Positions 33,120-36,981 of a DNA stretch of 36,981 nt are shown piece by piece; positions within the stretch are counted from its first letter, which is position 1, and every line of letters starts with the position of its first letter. The stretch comes from Eremomyces bilateralis CBS 781.70 (Eukaryota): assembly GCA_010015585.1 (NCBI GenBank), contig ML975198.1; one strand, 5' to 3'. The notes beneath the pieces were generated by a model. That model was not told where the DNA came from and did not search any database. It saw only the letters and a program-made list of their open reading frames with translations. Position numbers and translations under genes: made by a program.

Positions 33120-33606
33120 TACCTCAGCAAGCTCAGGCTATTTGTGTTCGTGCCTGAGGCAACAAACCACACTATACCTAATCGGTAAATGCAGTTCTCG
33201 AACAAATAGCCTGAGGATCCTGTCAATGACGCTCACTGATAGATCGATAATTTGTATGTGTTTTTCGGGATTTTGGAAAATCTCACTTTTGCATATTCTT
33301 CAATAACAACACGATAACTCATTGGATTTGTCCTCAAATTCACTGGGCTCTGCAGCAGGGTTTACTTTATCTGGAAATTGAATCTTTTTCCACTCCCGAT
33401 GCCTGAGTCTTGTGAAAAACTCTGATATGTAGGAAACGAGAGAGCATCAAAATCGTCAACCAACCACCTTTCCCACGCTTAAGACTAAAGGGGCATAAAG
33501 AGGGCCTAGAGAAATACTACCTAAGGTCAGTGGAATGTCTGCAGATACCATATAAAGCTTTCCTGTGTCGGGATTGACGCGTCCGTAGCATCATTGGGCA
33601 CGTGTT

Positions 33607-36429
33607 ATGGCCACATCCCCTATGCGGAACAAGGCGAGCATTAGAAGACGGCGACGAGAGACTACAGGCGATACAAGTTGTCTTATCCAAGATGCCAATA
33701 ACACTACGAGTATGCTGGCCATACAGGATCTGGTTGAGAAGGCAAGACACTCACCTGAGGAAATTCAAAAAGGCATCATTCATGCAGGCTTGCAGCGCCA
33801 TCTTTATCCATTCCAGCCCCGCCCGAAGCAGATAGATGCAATATGGCATTTAGTCTTCCAGAAGGAGGACCTCCTCCTCGCAGCCAAGACATCTTTCGGC
33901 AAGAGTATCATATTCCAGGCAGCGCCGTTGTTTTGTCGAGGTGGCATTGCCCTTATTATCATCCCTCTCGATCGAATCGGACAAGAGCAGTGTATCAAGA
34001 TCCAGAGACTTCCTGGAGCGAGATCCCTGTTCATTAATGGTAGGACGGATAAGACTGATGCGTTGGCCCAAGAGATTAAGACGGGTATATATACTCATCT
34101 CCTCATGGGCCCAGAGATCGCAGCCGGTTGGTTTCGATCAATAGCAAGCAACCCGTCCTTTAAAAAGCGCGTCTCAGTCGTGGCTGTGGATGAACTCCAT
34201 TTAGTGGCCCTGTGGGGAAGTGGTATCCGTCCACAGTATGCACAACTCTCTCTTCTACGTCGAAGACTAGGAGCGTATATCCCTTGGTTTGGATGTTCTG
34301 CCACGTTAGACCAAGCGACGTTGGATATAGCGAGGAAAATGACAGGCTTCCAAGCCAGCTGCGAGATTTTCCGAACCTCTATCGACAGGCCGGAGATTAA
34401 GCTGATCGTGGAGACTATCGAGCCGCGGACCACGAAAAGGTTCACTAGTCTCTTCTTCGTTCTACAGGACGCCATGACGAATGGGCTACCGACGCCTATG
34501 AAAATTCCGAAAACGATAATTTTCATAGATTCACGACGCGATATCCAAAAATGCGCAGAATGTTTGCGAGACTGGCTGTGCAGACTGTCGTCAGGGGCCA
34601 TAAGACACCGCGACAGCAGAGAGATTATCCAGGTCTACCACTCACACACCACGCTGCATGATAAGGAGGCCCTGTACAGCGAGTTCTCCAAAGTGGATTC
34701 CAAGATTCGAATTATGGTCGCAACTGAGTCACTGGGAACGGGAGTGGACCTCTCGGATGTCATACGTGTCGTCCAATATGGATTCCCCTTGGAGCGGCTT
34801 TTAAGCGTTCTCATCCAACGGTTTGGTCGTGCAGCTAGAATGGCCAGCATCAAGGGGGAGGCTGTCTTCCTGGTGGAAAGCTGGGCTGTAGGCGACAGGG
34901 TTTCATCAACAAGAGCGGCGTTCTCCAGAAGCCGGAAGCAGTCGTCTTTAAGACAGCTTTCTTATACGAGCCAGCTAGCTCAGTCATGCCCCGTCGAGCC
35001 AGAAGCGGAGAGTGATGTTCCAGACCACGAAGCGGATGTTGCTGTAGACGCCATTGACTATGGCGTCCCAGAAGACCAGCGCAAACGCAAAACACAGAGA
35101 GAGCGCCGGACAGAGCTGTACAATGACTGCCCAGCACTATACAATTTTGTCAATCGATCCAATTGCCTACGCCGAATCCTGATGGATTGGCTGCAAGAGA
35201 GTTTGTCAGATCCCGCATCTAAGTTGCCTCCTCCTAGACCGGACGAGTGTTGTAACGCCTGCAACCCTGGCCTGACGCGGACGGTGCCTTTCCCGTGGGA
35301 CATTGCTCCCAGTCTTCGGAAACCCCACGCTGGGACAGCACCAGGTGCATTTTATGACCGCCTAGCCCTCTGGGGAGACAATGTTGTTAACTCGGCGCAT
35401 CAGACGGCGAAGCCCGAACTTTCCGTGAAGCTATTTACTCAGAAGAGTGAGTGGATATCATTATCGACAGAATATGCCTACATCCATACAGCCGCTGAGT
35501 TGGAGGAGTTTGTGAAATCGACCTGGTTGAAAGACCATTCCGATGAACTCTTTAAGGAGTTTAATAATATCAAGTCCTACGTCGTGAGGAACTGGCCTGG
35601 AGGTAGCAGGCTAGAAACGTCACGGACGTCAGGAGCTGCAGGCCCAGTGCAGATTTCCCTTGATTATCAAGAAGTCTACAAGGGTCCAGAAGGGAGAGAG
35701 ACTCAAAAGGGGCAATCTTCAGTCGCGATTGAGCATCCCACTCAGCCAGAGAAACCTGCGTCCTTCTTGCGTAAGAGCGATGATTATATTTCCTCATTGG
35801 AGAAACTCATTGCTCGCGCGAGAGAGAATACAGCATTATGCTCTCCATGTTCACCTGACCGAGCGTTGTCAGAAAGACAGCCTATGATTATTGCCGAGCA
35901 ACAGTTTCGACAAAGTTCGTTGCTCGAGAGACAAGGTCCCCCTGCCACGAAGCAGATGTCCCAACAAGGAGAGCCTCAGGAAAGAAGAGTATCGACCGAA
36001 GTAAAGACTCTAATAACTCCCGATCAAGGACGAAGAGCATCATTTTTGCGTGACCGAGAAGAGTACGCTTCCTCGCTAGAACGAATCACTGCCAACGCAA
36101 GAGAGATATCAGCCTCGTGCTCTCCTTATCTAGCTACCCAATCAGTGCCGATAGTGGTAGCAGATTCGTCATTAACATCCATTAGGTCGGTTACATCGAC
36201 AAACGTAGATTGCTCCTCTGGCATATCTAGTGTTTTCGAAGACAGTGAGAATGGTTTGTCCAGCGTAAGTGGTGGCAATCAGTCGTCGAAACGTCCCGCA
36301 CCGAGTGAAGGAGAAGGAGAAATGATAAAGCGGGTCGCTCTCAGCGTTTTAGACTCTAATATAAGGCGAAGTCCTCGCAGTGAAAAAGAGAAGAATAGGC
36401 GTTATTACCACGGAGAGCGGATATTATAG
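33607..36429 (+). CDS. RecQ-like superfamily 2 helicase (transposon-encoded), 940 aa
   Basis: AKTSFGKS (I), IIIPL (Ia), VDELH (II), GCSATL (III), KTIIF (IV), VATESLGTGVDLSDV..VVQYG (V), QRFGRAAR (VI), Zn-binding C-LRR...CCNAC, then a long low-complexity tail. Confidence 0.92.
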   Translation: MATSPMRNKASIRRRRRETTGDTSCLIQDANNTTSMLAIQDLVEKARHSPEEIQKGIIHAGLQRHLYPFQPRPKQIDAIWHLVFQKEDLLLAAKTSFGKSIIFQAAPLFCRGGIALIIIPLDRIGQEQCIKIQRLPGARSLFINGRTDKTDALAQEIKTGIYTHLLMGPEIAAGWFRSIASNPSFKKRVSVVAVDELHLVALWGSGIRPQYAQLSLLRRRLGAYIPWFGCSATLDQATLDIARKMTGFQASCEIFRTSIDRPEIKLIVETIEPRTTKRFTSLFFVLQDAMTNGLPTPMKIPKTIIFIDSRRDIQKCAECLRDWLCRLSSGAIRHRDSREIIQVYHSHTTLHDKEALYSEFSKVDSKIRIMVATESLGTGVDLSDVIRVVQYGFPLERLLSVLIQRFGRAARMASIKGEAVFLVESWAVGDRVSSTRAAFSRSRKQSSLRQLSYTSQLAQSCPVEPEAESDVPDHEADVAVDAIDYGVPEDQRKRKTQRERRTELYNDCPALYNFVNRSNCLRRILMDWLQESLSDPASKLPPPRPDECCNACNPGLTRTVPFPWDIAPSLRKPHAGTAPGAFYDRLALWGDNVVNSAHQTAKPELSVKLFTQKSEWISLSTEYAYIHTAAELEEFVKSTWLKDHSDELFKEFNNIKSYVVRNWPGGSRLETSRTSGAAGPVQISLDYQEVYKGPEGRETQKGQSSVAIEHPTQPEKPASFLRKSDDYISSLEKLIARARENTALCSPCSPDRALSERQPMIIAEQQFRQSSLLERQGPPATKQMSQQGEPQERRVSTEVKTLITPDQGRRASFLRDREEYASSLERITANAREISASCSPYLATQSVPIVVADSSLTSIRSVTSTNVDCSSGISSVFEDSENGLSSVSGGNQSSKRPAPSEGEGEMIKRVALSVLDSNIRRSPRSEKEKNRRYYHGERIL

Positions 36430-36434
36430 ATGGA

Positions 36435-36981
36435 CTACTCCGACTCGATATCCGAAGGTAAGCCCCATTCGTGGGCTTCATCTCTATCTTCCAAGGGCTG
36501 GTGACGTAGGTTAGCACAAGACTGAATACTCTACTAGAACAAAACATACTAGTATCGCCATCATGTCGTTATCGGGATCCAGATCAGCCGTCGCTCCTCC
36601 TGTCTCGTAAGGTGGCACTATTATTTGATCTTCGTCTCTCATGACCTTGGCGTTAAATATTTCTAGCTTCTTTGTCGCCACCCTTTCGAGCCCGATCGTA
36701 TGTATGTCCGGCGCTTGATGTCTGGCTTTCCTACCGCCCCTGTAAAATTTAATCGAATCGCACGCCAATTCAAATGCCAGTATATGAATATCATCCACTG
36801 GAGAGGGCACGGAATGCTTGGAGCTTTCCTTCCGCGCAAATGCTTTCTCTATCGTCTTGCGTAGGAAAACAGTGTATTCTGCTGTTAACGAGGTAGTCTT
36901 AAACAGTGCATCTAATCCGAAAGTCGACGTTCGACGGGCCCAAAGCTCTCTTTTCAGCTCCAGGTTCAGATATTCAAGGCT
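36435..36981 (-). CDS. 3' part of the DUF6589-like/Academ-type transposase of copy 3 (5' part outside window)
   Basis: About 94% identical to 2785-3331. Open frame, with the same terminal intron (36549-36498) and last exon PLEDRDEAHEWGLPSDIESE*. Confidence 0.8.

Larger units (their letters stand above)
33120..36981. mobile_element. AcademH-like element, copy 3 (left TIR 33120-33225; continues past window end)
   Basis: The left TIR matches the reverse complement of 5658-5771 in three blocks. Carries an intact helicase ORF and the 3' end of the transposase. Confidence 0.82.

Noticed and set aside
33607..36429. Host Sgs1/RecQ or telomere-linked helicase
   Set aside because: It sits inside TIRs, is paired with a transposase-like gene in three copies, and no telomeric repeats are present.
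1..36981. Starship-type giant element or CRISPR-like array
   Set aside because: No tyrosine-recombinase captain gene in the window and no regularly spaced repeat-spacer array; the repeats seen are transposon ends or coding repeats.

Overview
Genomic DNA of a filamentous ascomycete (Pezizomycotina-like: short GT-AG introns with CTAAC/CTGAC branch points and mild RIP-like C>T/G>A damage in repeats), with one assembly gap (5961-6095). Host-type genes: a Cys-rich/Ser-Thr-rich single-pass membrane protein, an NmrA-like oxidoreductase, an adjacent dihydroxyacetone kinase plus dihydroxyacetone-synthase-type transketolase pair, a GPI-type GH18 chitinase with a CBM18 module, a DUF3433-type multipass membrane protein, and a 7-exon gene that splices a Ser/Thr protein kinase in frame to an intact YTH (m6A-reader) domain. 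This kinase-YTH fusion is not visible in the ORF track and is the most unusual feature found. Mobile DNA is dense: the right end of a hAT element, a tRNA-promoter SINE-like element inserted into the tail of the LINE whose 3' end it shares, a pogo/Fot1-like element spanning the gap and followed by apparent excision footprints, an internally deleted Helitron2/Helentron-like element, and three co-oriented copies of a ~6.3 kb TIR element encoding a convergent RecQ-like helicase and DUF6589-like transposase (AcademH-like). One of these copies appears nested in the terminal repeat of another. All gene models and family calls are by eye from motifs; no searches were run.
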